Under the pieces are notes generated by a model. The model was not told where the DNA came from, did not search any database, and saw only the letters and a program-made list of their open reading frames with translations. Position numbers and translations under genes: made by a program. Of a DNA stretch of 64,000 nucleotides, positions 23,376 to 36,241 are shown in pieces (the stretch's first letter is position 1; every line of letters begins with the position of its first letter). This DNA is from Fistulifera solaris. Lineage: Eukaryota. The DNA is taken from NCBI GenBank assembly GCA_030295235.1, contig AP026155.1:62001-126000 (forward strand), given 5' to 3'.

Positions 23376-23713
23376 ACTGGTATTCGGAAGAAGAATATTC
23401 AACGGAGAGAAGGTTATGATTGTTTATGAGACGCCGCTCCCTTCGTTTGTGTGTGGAATGAATGAGAAATGAGAAGAAGTCGCTGACGACCGCATCTTGA
23501 TCGCATGTTACCAGTAACATCGTCATCGTCATCTCTTCTTACATGGGGAATCTTGTGGTCAAATAAGAAATTAAAGCAAAAGTGTCGGAAGTTTACCATG
23601 GGTTTGTTCTCTGCTCACGAATCTATTAGATTCGCGCCTTCTGATTGGCTGATCCATATCTACGAGAGTGCGGGTGACGTTTCCGACTCGACCTATTTCA
23701 GTCCCGGAAATTT

Positions 23714-23915
23714 CCGTTTGCATTTATACATGTAATATTAAGGTTAACGCTACTGTGTCACAAAAAGAAACCCGAACTCTTTTGTCCCGTTTGTATTTAT
23801 ACATGTAACAAATACAAAACCCTAACTTTTTGTTCCGTTGGTATTTATACATATCATATAAACTAAGGTTAACGTTGATAAGTCACAAATACAAAACCCG
23901 AACTTTTTTGCCCCA
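23714..23915. repeat. Degenerate AT-rich tandem repeat in a divergent promoter
   Basis: CCGTT(T/G)G(C/T)ATTTATACAT-like unit three times, AAACCC(G/T)AACT..TTTG three times and AAGGTTAACG twice. Confidence 0.65.
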
Positions 23916-23930
23916 TTGCGCTTTATAGAA

Positions 23931-23985
23931 AGGTACCGTACCGGTACCGGGTACCGGTATCGTACCGTAAACCGTAAACCGTACC
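23931..23985. repeat. GTACCG/GGTACC simple palindromic repeat
   Basis: AGGTACCGTACCGGTACCGGGTACCGGTATCGTACCGTAAACCGTAAACCGTACC; a similar tract lies at 56605-56631. Confidence 0.7.
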
Positions 23986-24180
23986 AGTGTCGCCATGACG
24001 AAACGAACCAAAACAATGACAAACGCAAACAAAACAGAAGATCCAAATAGAAAAAATAAACACAACAACTAGAGCAACAGCTTGCACTTCACACAACCAT
24101 AAATCGCGATTTGTACGCAACAACAGTTTGATTAAAGAGAAACGAGCATATGAAAGAAAAAACGAATCAAGGAACATGTC

Positions 24181-26200
24181 TTGTTCCTTTTCGGCTTTAT
24201 CATTAGTTTACGATTGTCGTTAGCGTTTCATTTTCCGTCCTTTCGACGGCAAAGGGCGGCATCTAATCTTCACTATAGTCTAGGGCTGAAGCCTTACAAA
24301 GCAACGAACGAACAAACGACTGCGATGATTCATCATAACCAAAATGCTACAAAGTTTTTTCAAAACGAATTTCCTCGCTTTCTCACCGAACAAAATATCC
24401 GAGAATCTTCAACCGTAACGAGCAATGCATCCGCGACGAAGGATACCATGGAACTCAACTTTAATGCCGCGACGCAGCACAATGAGCATTCGAAATCTGT
24501 GAGCAAATCCAACCCTCCGAAGAATTACGAATGGCCCGATCCAAATCGTGCTTTGTCCTCTTTCCATTGGCAGCGAAAGAATGAAACGAAGAAAAAGGAC
24601 GAAAATAATCTTTTGGAAGAGATTTTTCCTGTCGGCGAGTTACTGCCTTTGGATGGACAGCAAGTATTGAATAGGCTGACGGGTTACGTTTCGCCTCCCA
24701 ACAACGACAACTTCTTTGATCGTTCCTCTGAGGATGCTTTGCTTTCTTTTCTTCCGCCTAAACAAGACGATATAAATGATTCCTTTGATAAGACAAGCGA
24801 GGTTTTGGATGAAGTCATAGGTGATTCCCAAAAGAGTGCGTCCAGCCACAAAACCCAACCCGTTTTACCGAACACAGTTAACGACAAGAATTCCGAGCAA
24901 TACGTTACGGTCAAAGATCTACAGTCCATACTAAAAGAGATACTGGAACAACAAAAACTACAATATCAAAATCAAGAGCAAAGAAAGTCATCGGAAACAG
25001 CGAGGGCGTTCACGAAGACTTCTCGCGGCCTCATCGAACAATCGACTTCCAGAAATCCGTCTTCTACTTCGAGTACTACTACGTCGGGTGTTGCTTTCCC
25101 ACAACCTTCTAAACTGGATTTTAGTTCATTGAAAAAGGAAACTTAGTTGCTGGTCTATTATTGGGGATGATTTTGGCCATGTCAATACTACCCAATTTGT
25201 GGTTGTTTGGCTCAATCGTCGGCGCTATCTATGGATACAACATCACTCCCCTCGATCAGGACAATATCGCGTCGCGTGTCGTGTCACATCTTGGTCGTAG
25301 GATTGCACGAGCATCGCTGTCGGTGTATGATTCGGCCAACACCCTCTTTTCATGTACAAAACAGGACAATTGTCGTACAAATACTACCAGCGGTACGCCG
25401 CTCTCGATCAAAGGTTCGCGATTCAGGACAAGATTGACGCATTTAATGCTCGATTTGCGGAAGGAAAGGTGAAATTTGACAAATGGGAGAAAGAGAATGA
25501 AGTAGGACGCCGTTTACTAGCCGGTATGCGAACGCTTTGGTTGGTGGAAGAACAAAGCCGCAAAAGAACAGCCGGATATGGCGTCGGAGGTCACGATATC
25601 GTGTCGTACAACTCTTTTATGATGCCGCATATCTTTTGGGCCGTGCGCTAGGGAATATTTGGAAGACTCTTACAGGAAAAGGTGGGTCCGAGGTGAAAGA
25701 TTTTCTTCGTGGCATTGCATGTTGGACCGACAAAGAAGACGAATCCATCGGGGCGAGGTTGGGTGCTGCGCTGTGGGCAGCAGTGGCAGTGAGCTTGACG
25801 GGTGCACTCTTTTCCCTTTCACCATTCTTTTTGACATTCATGGCACTGGGTTGTGGATTTTTTTGGCCGACATGGCCTTCTGAAGTTGCCGATGCTGTCA
25901 CGGCATTCTGGAACGATCGTCGAAGTCGCGGACTAGATGTTACGGAAAGCAAGTTGATCGACATCCCCCGCCTCAGCTGTTCTCCTTCTTTTCCACCGGA
26001 AGAGATGATGGTGGCGGAAACAAGAAGAACACGAACAAAGATCGATACTATTTTTACAAGACACCCGATGGCAAGAGAAAGTACTACCGGGTAGGAGTCC
26101 CTGGGCCGTTTTCGAACATTGGAAATCGCCGCACAGTAAAGAAAAAGCGATGGGGATTGTTCTCTTCGAAAGATTGACACAGCCAGCATTAATGAAGTGG
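24181..26200 (+). CDS. Hypothetical membrane protein, possibly plastid-targeted; several frameshifts
   Basis: Signal-peptide-like start ending LSLA-F followed by an Arg/Ser-rich stretch. Consecutive overlapping + strand ORFs (24181, 25161, 25352, 25537) with TM segments join by frameshifts at about 25135, 25345 and 25570. Both ends are uncertain. Confidence 0.55.
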
Positions 26201-26736
26201 ATCAATTGCTATCATGGGGAAAACGTTTCGTCAATCGACAGGCTGAGTTGTGATTTGTGATCATCTTCTCTTGGTCTACTGACCTCACAAACCAGGCTGG
26301 GTGTGGCGTAGTGAAATGTGCACTTATTGCCCAAGCCCGTGCGCAATGTACAGTCTACTATTGATTGAAAACGGTAAATTCATTGGGACTTTAATCACAG
26401 TACTGAGATTCGTGACAAAAACGGCTCACTTCGCTCAAGGCAGTAGACCAATCAGTGCGAAAATTACAAAGCCACGCATGCAGTGTGCAGTGCAATAGAG
26501 ACATTTCCTTCAATACGTGGAATGTACAAGTAAAATTTGCCACGAGTGAAGGAGGACAACATTATTTTCTCCCCCCAATCACTTCCTCATTTGAAATTAT
26601 GTCGTCGTCTTCACAACGAACCTTTCCGATTATTCCTTGTGCTTCATTCCTCTTTTCCTTCGCATGCAACAATAAGACAAGGAAGGAGTTGCGACTGTTT
26701 CATTGGGAGGAATAGCAGCGTACGGCAGCCGAAACG

Positions 26737-28044
26737 ATGCCCTTTCGATTCTCTATTCCGATGTTGAGCGTCATGCTCTCGACATGTTGCTCCTTTATCG
26801 CCCTCCATCGAGCGACTTTGGACTCTGCGGCAATAGTTACTTCTCCTTCCTGGGGTCAAGAGACCCCTCAAGTACCTCTTTCACCCTCAATCCACAGTAC
26901 AAACAATACACAACCCTTAACTCTCATTCGCTACCGACAAAGTGGTATGCCTTACTTTTTACGAGAAGCAATGAGTCAAGGGAACATGCTGTGTCGTGAT
27001 GTAGCCGAACAACAAAACAAGACGCGTGATACTTTGCCACTTCCGCCTTTGTCACCTATACAATACAGTCTACAACTGGAATGTCAAAAACTATTTTATC
27101 AAAATTCGTGGGGCACCGGAAATGTTTTACAAGCCTTTTACGGTTTGCGTCTCGCGGCCCGTGTTTTGGGAAATATTGAAGTAAGGATTCGTTGTAAAGA
27201 CGCGGAGAAAACGAAATCTGATTTAGTTTTGCCGTGGATGGCGGGAGCCTTTGTACCAAGGGCAGTAGTGGAAACGCAATCGTCGCCGTTTTTGAATGAA
27301 ACATGCTTACCCTTCTCTCACGCTCCAGTGCATTATCTCATGGACGAGATCCGATACGAATTACGGCGCATGGCAATTGCGTTAGTGGGAATACCGTACC
27401 CGACGCATCCTGCGGCTGATTTTGTTCTGGTACCGGAACGTGAACAAGAGATGCAACTTCCAATGCCGGAGACACCTTTGCGACCGAACATCGAGTTGGA
27501 CGATGTAGCGATTCATTTTCGTTGTGGTGATATCATCGAAGTACAACCGCACTATGCGTATGGATACACGCGATTCTCGTCCGTGGCAAACTATATTTCC
27601 AGTGAAGCCCGATCCATTGGTATTGTCACACAACCCTTTCAAGGACAACGACAGCGTCGTATGGATGGTACGGAGCATACACGATGTCCGATACTCATTG
27701 GGGCCTTTCAGCAGTTTTTGCAAGATCGGTTTCCAAATGCTACAGTGCTGATTCGTAATTCACCTGATGAGAACGTCGCTTTGTCGTACGCACGCTTCAT
27801 CATGGCAAATCAATCCTTAGCATCCGGTATTTCCACATTTGTCTATTTTCCTTTCATGGCGACGTTCGGTACTGGCTATCTTCAAAAGCCATTGTATGTT
27901 GAAGAATCATTTGAAGAGCGGGTCAATTCACGCTTTATTGAACATTCCGATTTGATGAGTTCCATCGATCTGTTTAGACTATGGAATGAAACGAATGGCC
28001 GAGAACAGATATTGGAGTGGTTTACGACCGATGTAACATCGTAA
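26737..28044 (+). CDS. Type II membrane/secreted protein with fucosyltransferase (GT11/GT-B)-like motif
   Basis: N-terminal hydrophobic segment; WGTGNVLQAFY and DDVAIHFRCGD (HxRxGD-like); later GISTF. Confidence 0.55.
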   Translation: MPFRFSIPMLSVMLSTCCSFIALHRATLDSAAIVTSPSWGQETPQVPLSPSIHSTNNTQPLTLIRYRQSGMPYFLREAMSQGNMLCRDVAEQQNKTRDTLPLPPLSPIQYSLQLECQKLFYQNSWGTGNVLQAFYGLRLAARVLGNIEVRIRCKDAEKTKSDLVLPWMAGAFVPRAVVETQSSPFLNETCLPFSHAPVHYLMDEIRYELRRMAIALVGIPYPTHPAADFVLVPEREQEMQLPMPETPLRPNIELDDVAIHFRCGDIIEVQPHYAYGYTRFSSVANYISSEARSIGIVTQPFQGQRQRRMDGTEHTRCPILIGAFQQFLQDRFPNATVLIRNSPDENVALSYARFIMANQSLASGISTFVYFPFMATFGTGYLQKPLYVEESFEERVNSRFIEHSDLMSSIDLFRLWNETNGREQILEWFTTDVTS

Positions 28045-28668
28045 CGCATGAAACTAACACTCTTTGTACCATTTATCCATTAGTTGTTTGTTGCTAGTCC
28101 AAATATTATTTCTAGTATCTTAGTATAGATAGATAAGGCGACCTTGCCAAAGAAAGTTCGAGGGTGTTTCTTGAACTACCGAGAAAATTCATCGTTAGAC
28201 AGCCACGGCGCGACTCGAATCGTTGATCAGTGCTTCAGTCATGAATTAGGCTGTGACCGAGCCACGCTGCTTTTCGACTCCGCGCAATCTGCTGGTGTGG
28301 TGAGCTACATCCATCATTCACCTCATTTTCGATGAAATAATTATCCTGTGCATTATTCACAATGCATGGGTCGAGTACAGGTAATTAGGAATAAAATGCT
28401 TAGTAAAAAGATTCACGTCGATTCTTCCTTTCGATCGATATTTTTGTCTTAGTAGATTCCAAGTGTTGGTCTTATGAGCCCACGACTGCATTTCAAATAT
28501 TAATCACGGTTCCCATTCTGACTCATTTTTCATTCCGACAAATTTTTCGAAACACATCATCGTGATATCAATCGGCTTTTCCATTTTATTTTTTTCTTTG
28601 CAAATCTTCATTGAAAACGAGAAACTTACAGCATATGAAACATCTCTTTCTGAAATAGCTGTCAAAGT

Positions 28669-29841
28669 ATGTGCAAACCAACACCCGTCGCATCGACAGA
28701 GACCAAGAAAACGGGCAAAACCCGAAGAGGAATGTCCAAAATGGCGTTGTATCTGAGTGCATCGTTCGCCATGTTGGTAGCCATCTTTCCCATGATCATC
28801 TCCGAATTGATTGGAGGCTGGACAGCCAAATATACTTCTCCTGTCTACTTTACTCCGAAAAGCATTCCGGATTTGACCGGCAAAGTAGCCATTGTGACGG
28901 GAGCCAACACGGGGATCGGTTATCACACGGCACTCGAACTGGCTCGAAAGAATGCACAAGTTATCGTGGCTTCTCGAAATCCTTCCAAGGGACAAGAAGC
29001 CATCACTCGTATACAAGAAGCGACCGGTAACCATCACGTACGCTTTCTACCGCTCGACTTGTCGTCGTTGGCTTCGGTTCGATCGTTTGCTCAAGCCTTC
29101 CAAGCGTTACAACTTCCTTTGGATATGCTCATTTTAAATGCGGGCATTATGAAATCTCCGGGGGCACAATTTATCGGTAAAAACATGACTCAGGGTTTTG
29201 AATTGACACAAGATGGCTTCGAAGTGCACATAGGTGTCAATCATGTTGGACATTTTTACTTGACTCAGCTTTTGCGCGACTCTCTCATTGCGAGTGCACC
29301 CAGTCGCGTGGTTGCGGTCAGTAGTATTGCGGAACAAGGAGCGTACCAACCGGATGGATTTCGATTTGAGCTTTGGAAACCATTGAATGTTGAACATGCT
29401 ACATCTATGGGGTACGAAGATGGAATGGCATATGGACAGTCAAAATTGGCGAATGCTATGTTTGCCAAGGAACTAGCCGAACAGCTGAAAGAGCACGGCG
29501 TTACGGCATACTCCTGTCATCCAGGAGTCATTGTTAGTGAATTAACGCGCTACCTTGTCGCCAGCATTGAAGAAGAAGCGTTGCAGAAGTCTTGGTGGAG
29601 TCGCATGTATCTCAACGCTTTGGGCAAGTATTTTGAACTAGCTCAGATGAAAACGTCGGATGGCGCGCTGACTCAGTTGCATTTGGCTGTTTCGAATGTC
29701 TCCGAGTTGTCGAACGGAGGTTTTTATCATCCAATCGGTAAACTGAAAGGAAGCCCTAACCATGCTCAGGGCTCGAACGAAAAGCTACGAAAAGAGCTTT
29801 GGCGTGAAACGGAGCGAATGATTAAGGAAGCTGGGTTCTAA
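28669..29841 (+). CDS. Short-chain dehydrogenase/reductase (retinol dehydrogenase/WWOX-like) with N-terminal TM
   Basis: VAIVTGANTGIG, LDLSSLASV, LILNAGIM, GVNHVGHF, YGQSKLAN, HPGVI. Confidence 0.92.
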   Translation: MCKPTPVASTETKKTGKTRRGMSKMALYLSASFAMLVAIFPMIISELIGGWTAKYTSPVYFTPKSIPDLTGKVAIVTGANTGIGYHTALELARKNAQVIVASRNPSKGQEAITRIQEATGNHHVRFLPLDLSSLASVRSFAQAFQALQLPLDMLILNAGIMKSPGAQFIGKNMTQGFELTQDGFEVHIGVNHVGHFYLTQLLRDSLIASAPSRVVAVSSIAEQGAYQPDGFRFELWKPLNVEHATSMGYEDGMAYGQSKLANAMFAKELAEQLKEHGVTAYSCHPGVIVSELTRYLVASIEEEALQKSWWSRMYLNALGKYFELAQMKTSDGALTQLHLAVSNVSELSNGGFYHPIGKLKGSPNHAQGSNEKLRKELWRETERMIKEAGF

Positions 29842-30222
29842 AGTACGACTTTTTCAAGAAATATTTTCTGCTGGACAGACGACTTTAAGAGAACGTGAGC
29901 ATTTTTTGTACGGTAATAGATTGATAAGAACGACGCGCTACACATACAAAGTATCGTGTCCTTGCAATAATACTTTTGTGTACCTGTTATTACGTTTTTA
30001 AAAGGTAAAAGCATATCGCATAATAGCCGCGGAAATCACCCTTCCTATCATGACCAATGATTATTCGTCGTAAAACAACAATGTGTTTGTGGCCATGGCC
30101 ATTGCATGTCAATGCAAACTTTAACAGATAACCCATTTTGGTTTCGAAAATCAAGGAAAGGCCGTTGAAGCGTTGCTGGGATGAAACGACGCTCAACATG
30201 CGATCTTGATTATTGACATTGT

Positions 30223-32670
30223 TCACCCGAATAGCACATCAGCCACTTCAGACACCAGTCGTTCAACGAGCTGCCAGCTCCGATAATGATTCATAGCAAC
30301 ATGATACCCGGCCTTGGCTATCGCAATTCGCTCATCTTCGTGGTCCAAGTAATACTGCACCTTTGTAACTAACTCGTCGAGGCTGTGATAGATGACCAGC
30401 GAAACATTGTTCTGAAGCTCGTTTGGCAAAGTGAGCATCGGATCTGTCATAACCATCGCACCCGAAACAAGTGCATCCATCAGACTGTTTTGATCTTCCA
30501 AATTGTCCTTTTGGGCTATCACCACAATTTTGCTTTCCGCTAGTTTGTGCAGATAGGCTGATCGGGCTAAATAACGGTCTGTTGCATGGCCTTGGTCAGA
30601 CAACCCCACATATACCTCATGTGTCTGCGAAAAATTACCGTGAATGACTCTACTAACCGCATCTCGCAGTTTATCGTTTTGTAAATGAGATGTCCAAAAG
30701 GAAAAAGCAAGCGCGAAAGTCTCTGATGAGTGACTCGGATAAGCGATTGTCTCAGCTGCCACATCTTGCTTCTGTGATTGTCTCCCGACAACGGCCAAAA
30801 ATGAGATACATCCACAGGACGCTCGACTTCCCATATGTTTGCATCATTGAAAATATTTTTCAGACCGTCCACAATATCCGAGCGTACACCGCCCCCAATG
30901 TGTCGAACCGGACCGCCGGAATGTTCTTTCCAGTTACCATACTTCATAGCTGACCCTGGGTCTACGAACTGCATTGTTTCATTCCACTGCCGTCCTTGCA
31001 CCATTGATTTCTTGTACCGGAAAACTGTCGTGCTATCAAGCAATCGCGTGGCTCGATAACAGTCATAGAAATGTTCGACTGGTTCGTCATCCCAGTATAC
31101 AAATATAACGATACGTTTTCGGTCTCTCGCTGACTTTACGAGATTCACGAAACGATAGCAGTATCTACCTGAAGTCAAGCCGGCTCGTCGAACGTCGACG
31201 ATCCAAACAGGTGCCGCCGAATGATCTTGTGTGAGCACTAACTGGGATGATGCATGTATACCATCATATAGAAAATGCGATAGCCCGTCTCCATCAGCAA
31301 TATCCCAACAGGGATATACAAATACAGCAATCGGCTGTTGTTGCGAAACCTGGGCGACCCATTTGGGTTCCTGAAAGACGCGCTGTCCTTCTTGACGAAT
31401 CTGTTCCGCTGTGACATAATGGCAAAAATGCGCATCTGGTGGACACGATGTTTTGTAGTGACACTCTCCCTCCACTGCCGATCGATGCTGCAAACTCAGC
31501 GGCCCTTTAATCGAGTGCTGTTCCGACAATCGATACGATGTAAAGCGATTGTGCGCAATGGGGTACTTGGGATCATCCAGTGTATTTCCGAGGTTGTAAT
31601 AATTGAAGAAATAGCCCCAAATCCAATCGCTGTGAACGCAAAGGACGATTCTTCCGTCCACGAGGCGTGGTCGGCAAATCGATGAGTCGATACGTACGCG
31701 TGCATGAGATCGCTCAACGACATTTGCTCACGAAAATATTGCCGTTCGCCATAGAGATTCTGTTGCAGTCGATAACAGGCATTCTGAATGAAATCGTCCT
31801 CAGAGAGAGCGAATGTTGTAACATTGGCACACGAAATAGGCGTCAACAATCGCTTCAAAGAACCTTTAGAAATAACCGTTCCAAATCCACCAAAGGGTAT
31901 TGTGAAACTGGTTATTGATCGTATCAAACATCCTGCCATGATGAGCGGCTCGGTCGGATCGTGACGTATTGTCTGTAAATAGTGGGTAAGCTGCGGCATG
32001 TCGACAAATGTATCATCGTCTACCAATAACAAATAATCGGGGATCGTCGTCTGCTTCATTTCTTGCAGTACTATTTGTAAGCCATCATTTGCACGCTTTT
32101 GCGCACACAACCAACCTCCTGGATTGTCTCGTTTCGACAAGAAAGTATCCCAGTCTGCGTACATGTTACGCCAGAAATACAATTCCGAGAACGGCTCTTG
32201 ATCTTTTGGTGATAGCTTTGGCTTATGATTGCGATTGAATTGACAGTGCTCGGCAATTTCCTTAGCAGCTTGTCGACTGATAAAGCAGTTGGCTTCACTA
32301 TGATCGTCGGCCTCCGTGACACCTGTAAACGAGCGCGCGTAGCGACCCATCGTCTCTCGTTGGGCTTGCAACAAGTCGGGTCGTAATAATGACCCGATAC
32401 TGAGAATATCAATGGTCAAATTCGGTACAGATGTCCAGGAAGTGTTTTCTATTTGATAGATGGGTGTAATGCTGTCGGAAAAGAGGGATGACGAGCCAGT
32501 TTGTCGTGTAGAAAGAGTGCTTCACTAATTGCGAAGCCATCTGCCGATGATGCCGATGGTTTGACAATACAAGGTGCATTTATAAATTGTAGTGCGACGG
32601 CAAGTAACACCAGTAACAAGCCTATTAATAATAGTTGTCGTTTATGTTTCCTCCAGTGACAGCGCTGCAT
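30223..32670 (-). CDS. Two-domain glycosyltransferase-like protein (Fringe/GT31-like GT-A + C-terminal Glyco_trans_1_2/CgeB-like), copy A
   Basis: TM anchor; DYLLLVDDDTFV, PFGGFG, HSDWIWGYF; C-terminal LMDALVSGAMVMTD...ERIAIAKAGY. Frameshifts at about 32470, 31642 and 30760. Confidence 0.7.
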
Positions 32671-33435
32671 GGTGATTAATACGGAGAAGACGATAATAAG
32701 TGAACTAGTTGGAGTAACAAGCAATTGCGAATTGTTGCGGAAATGGCGGTCGAAGAAAGTGTTTGTTTCGTGTGAGGCTGAGTCGTTTTTTCCTACTTCC
32801 GAGCTCGGTATTTTTGGCCGTGGTGCTCTCGTTGAAAACCTACCGCATGTAGGACTTTACAGGGTTCCGTACTATTGCTTTACCTTTACGTCACACGTCA
32901 TTGCGTCAATCGCCAATCATCACCGGATCGGTATTCAACTTATGCCTCACTGGCTCACTGAATTTTGAATTTCAACATTAATCACGATACACGAAACTGT
33001 CTTTCATCTAATCATCATCTTACAAGTGGAAGTTGACCTCCTCTTTGGCGTAGGTACTAGTAACGACAACATCGTACCAGGTAGCGTTTTTCGTGACAGC
33101 AGGGTCCATCGCGGAGTATCACAAATCAAAACTGGCGAGCAAGGATACCTACACGAAATAAATGATACCGGGTTCACCTAGACTCACCCATTGACCATGA
33201 TCAGAGGCTGAAGCGTCGGCTTGCTAACGATCTGCCAAAATTTTCGCACATTCCTTGCTAACATGACCTGGCACTCCAATCAGAAGATTACAAGAAAGTA
33301 AATTAACCAACCAATGGCGGTAAGTTTTTTTGGATCTCGGCCCTCATTCATGCTCTATTGAAAGCAACTGGGATTTTGAGATCAGCAGAAGAATACCAGG
33401 TCGACTAGACAATCGCATCTGCAGCATCCCCTCAT

Positions 33436-35815
33436 TCATTCGAATGGCACACCTCGAACTTCAGACACCATTCGCTCTACCAGATGCCAGCTCCGATAAT
33501 GATTCATAGCAACATGATACCCGGCCTTGGCTATCGCAATTCAGCTCATCTTCGTGGTCCAAGTAATACTGAGCTTTGGTCACCAATTCATCGAGGCTGT
33601 GATAGATGACGATCGAAACATTCCCTTGAAGCTCGTTTGGTAAAGTCAACATCGGATCTGTCATAACCATCGCACCCGAAACAAGCGCCTCCATTAGCCG
33701 ATAATGATCTTCCCAGTTATCCTTTTGGGACACTACAACAATCTTACTTTGCAACATTTTTTTGCATGTAGGTTGACTGGGCCGTGTTTAGTCCTGTTTC
33801 TTGAGCTTGACCAGTCACTCCCAAAAAAAACCTCGTGTGTCTGCGACAATTTGTCGTGAATAGCACTACTGACCGCATCTCTGAGGTGAGATGCCTTGCC
33901 TCTATGTACATCCTTATCACCTTGGCCCGGCAACGGCCAAAAATGAGATACATGCACCGGACGCTCTATGTCCCATATGCTTGCACCTTTCAAAATGCTT
34001 TCCACGCCATCCACCGTATCCGATCGTACTCCATAGCCAATGTGACGAACCGGACCGCCGGAATGATCTCTCCAGTTTCCAAATTTGATGATCGAACCAG
34101 GGTCGACAAACTGCAGCGTCTCATTCCACTGTCGCCCGTTGACAATTGACCTCTTATATCGAAAAACGGTTGTACTATCCAGTACTCGTGTGGCTCGATA
34201 GCAATCCCAAAAATGATCGATTGGTTCGTCGTCCCAATAAACAAAAAATGACAACACGTTTCTGACCAAGATTAGTTCGCGCAAGTTGCACGAAGCGATT
34301 GCAAAAGTTTTTTGAAGAAAAGCCGGCTCGTCGAACGTCGACGATCCAAAGCGGTGCACTGGTATGATCTTTTGTGAGCGTCAGACGAGAAGATTTTTGA
34401 ATTCCATCGTACAGAAAATGCTTCAGCTCATGCTCAATAGTGTGGTTCAAAAACGGATACAAGAAGATGGGAATAGATTGTTGCGGATCATGGGTAACCC
34501 ATTTTGGTTCTTCAAACACGCGCTGTCCTTCTTGACGGATTTGGTCGGCCGTCACGTAATGGCACATGTGTGCTTCCGGAGGACATGTTTTGGTGTAGCG
34601 ACATTGTCCCTCGATTGCCATACGTTGCTGGATGGTCAGACCCCACTTCATTGCGTACTGTTCCGACAATCGATACGACGTCATTTTGTTGTAGGATTGT
34701 GGATGTTTCGGATGATCAAGAGAGTTACCGACATTGTAATAGTTGAAAAAGTACCCCCAAACCCAATCGCTGTGTACGCAGTACGATGATTCATTGGTCC
34801 ATGATGCGTGGTCGGCAAAGCGATGAGTTGAAACGTACGCGTGCATGAGCTCCGTCAAAGACATCCCCTCCTGAAAATATTGACGTTCACCAAACAGATT
34901 TTGCTGCTGTCGATAACAAGCATTTTTAATGAAATCATCATCACTGGGGGCAAGTGCTGTAACATTGGCACATGATATAGGTGTAAACAATCTCATCAAG
35001 GCACCTTTGGATAAAAATGTCCCGAACCCTCCAAACGGAATCGTAAAACTCTCTCGAAATCGTATCAAACACCCTGCCATGACCAAAGGGTTCCTGGAAT
35101 CCGGGTATATTGCTTGCAAGTAATACGAAAGTTGCGGTATGTCGATAAATGTATCATCGTCAATCAAGAGCAGATAATCTGGAAGCGTCGCGGATGGCTG
35201 TCGCAATCGTCGCAAGACCATTTGCAACCCATCATTTGCACGTTTTTGAGCGCACAACCACCCTCCCGGATTCTCACGTTTCGATAAGAAACCGCTCCAT
35301 TGCGCATACACTTGTCTTCGTAAGTACAAAACAGAATACGGCTGATCTAGTGAGGGCGGCTCCGATCCCTTGTCTCGTGGAATTTTACAATGTTCCGCAA
35401 TCGCTTGGGCATCCTGTCGTGTGAGAGCACAATGGGGTTCACTGTGATCATCGGCTTCTGTAACACCGGTAAAGGAACGTACGTAACGTCCCATCGTCTC
35501 TCGTTGTGCTTGCAAGTTCTCGGGACGTGATACTGACCCGATACTGAGAATATCAATGGTCAAGTTCGAAGAAGACAGTGACAAAGAAAACGGAGTCATA
35601 TTGGTAGGAGACACGGATGCGTTTCTGACGGTAATAGGCAAAAGATGAGTTATTTTTTCGTCAGAAAACGCAAAGTTTGTGTCGTGTGTTGTTGCTGGAA
35701 GCATCGGCGTCACGCGAGAAGCATACCAAAATTGCAATCCGACCGATATCGCCATGACCATCGGCAACAAGCCTGCTGCCATCCAGCGGCGTCTCCTTCC
35801 TTTGCAATGCTTCAT
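33436..35815 (-). CDS. Two-domain glycosyltransferase-like protein, copy B (tandem duplicate)
   Basis: Same motifs (DYLLLIDDDTFI; RLMEALVSGAMVMTD) with evident nucleotide similarity to copy A. Frameshifts at about 34245, 33826, 33760 and 33543, mostly in homopolymers. Confidence 0.7.
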
Positions 35816-36241
35816 GATGATGATGATGAGCAGAAAAAGAAGAACGAAGACATCCTTTTGCTACTTGTAGTGATGATGATGATTAGATTATGATTTTCCA
35901 GTGGATGATTAAATAATGACCGCGAAAGAGTGACTGAATGAATGCCAATCTTGGAGACAAAATCTCCTTCACTTTGAGACTATAGCATATCTCACTACCA
36001 AACAAAGTGTGGAGTTCACGATCACTTATTGCCAGTGAGTGACTCAAGAATTCCAGTCACGATGCGTCCGTCATGTGTTCATCACCGCACGCGTGTAGAA
36101 CGATCACACATCACACGTTTTGTTTTTATTGCACCCATTCGTTTTCTTTCTTCTTTACGGAATTTATTACTATTCCCTCACTTCTTGTCGCTCCTCTTCC
36201 ATTATTTTTTAATTATTTTTTAATTGAGCGCACAGAAAACC

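Noticed and set aside
30223..35815. Calling the frameshifted GT genes (and others) pseudogenes or programmed frameshifts
   Set aside because: Breaks fall at different positions in the two paralogues, mostly in homopolymers, with no slippery-site pattern; assembly error is more parsimonious, though not proven.
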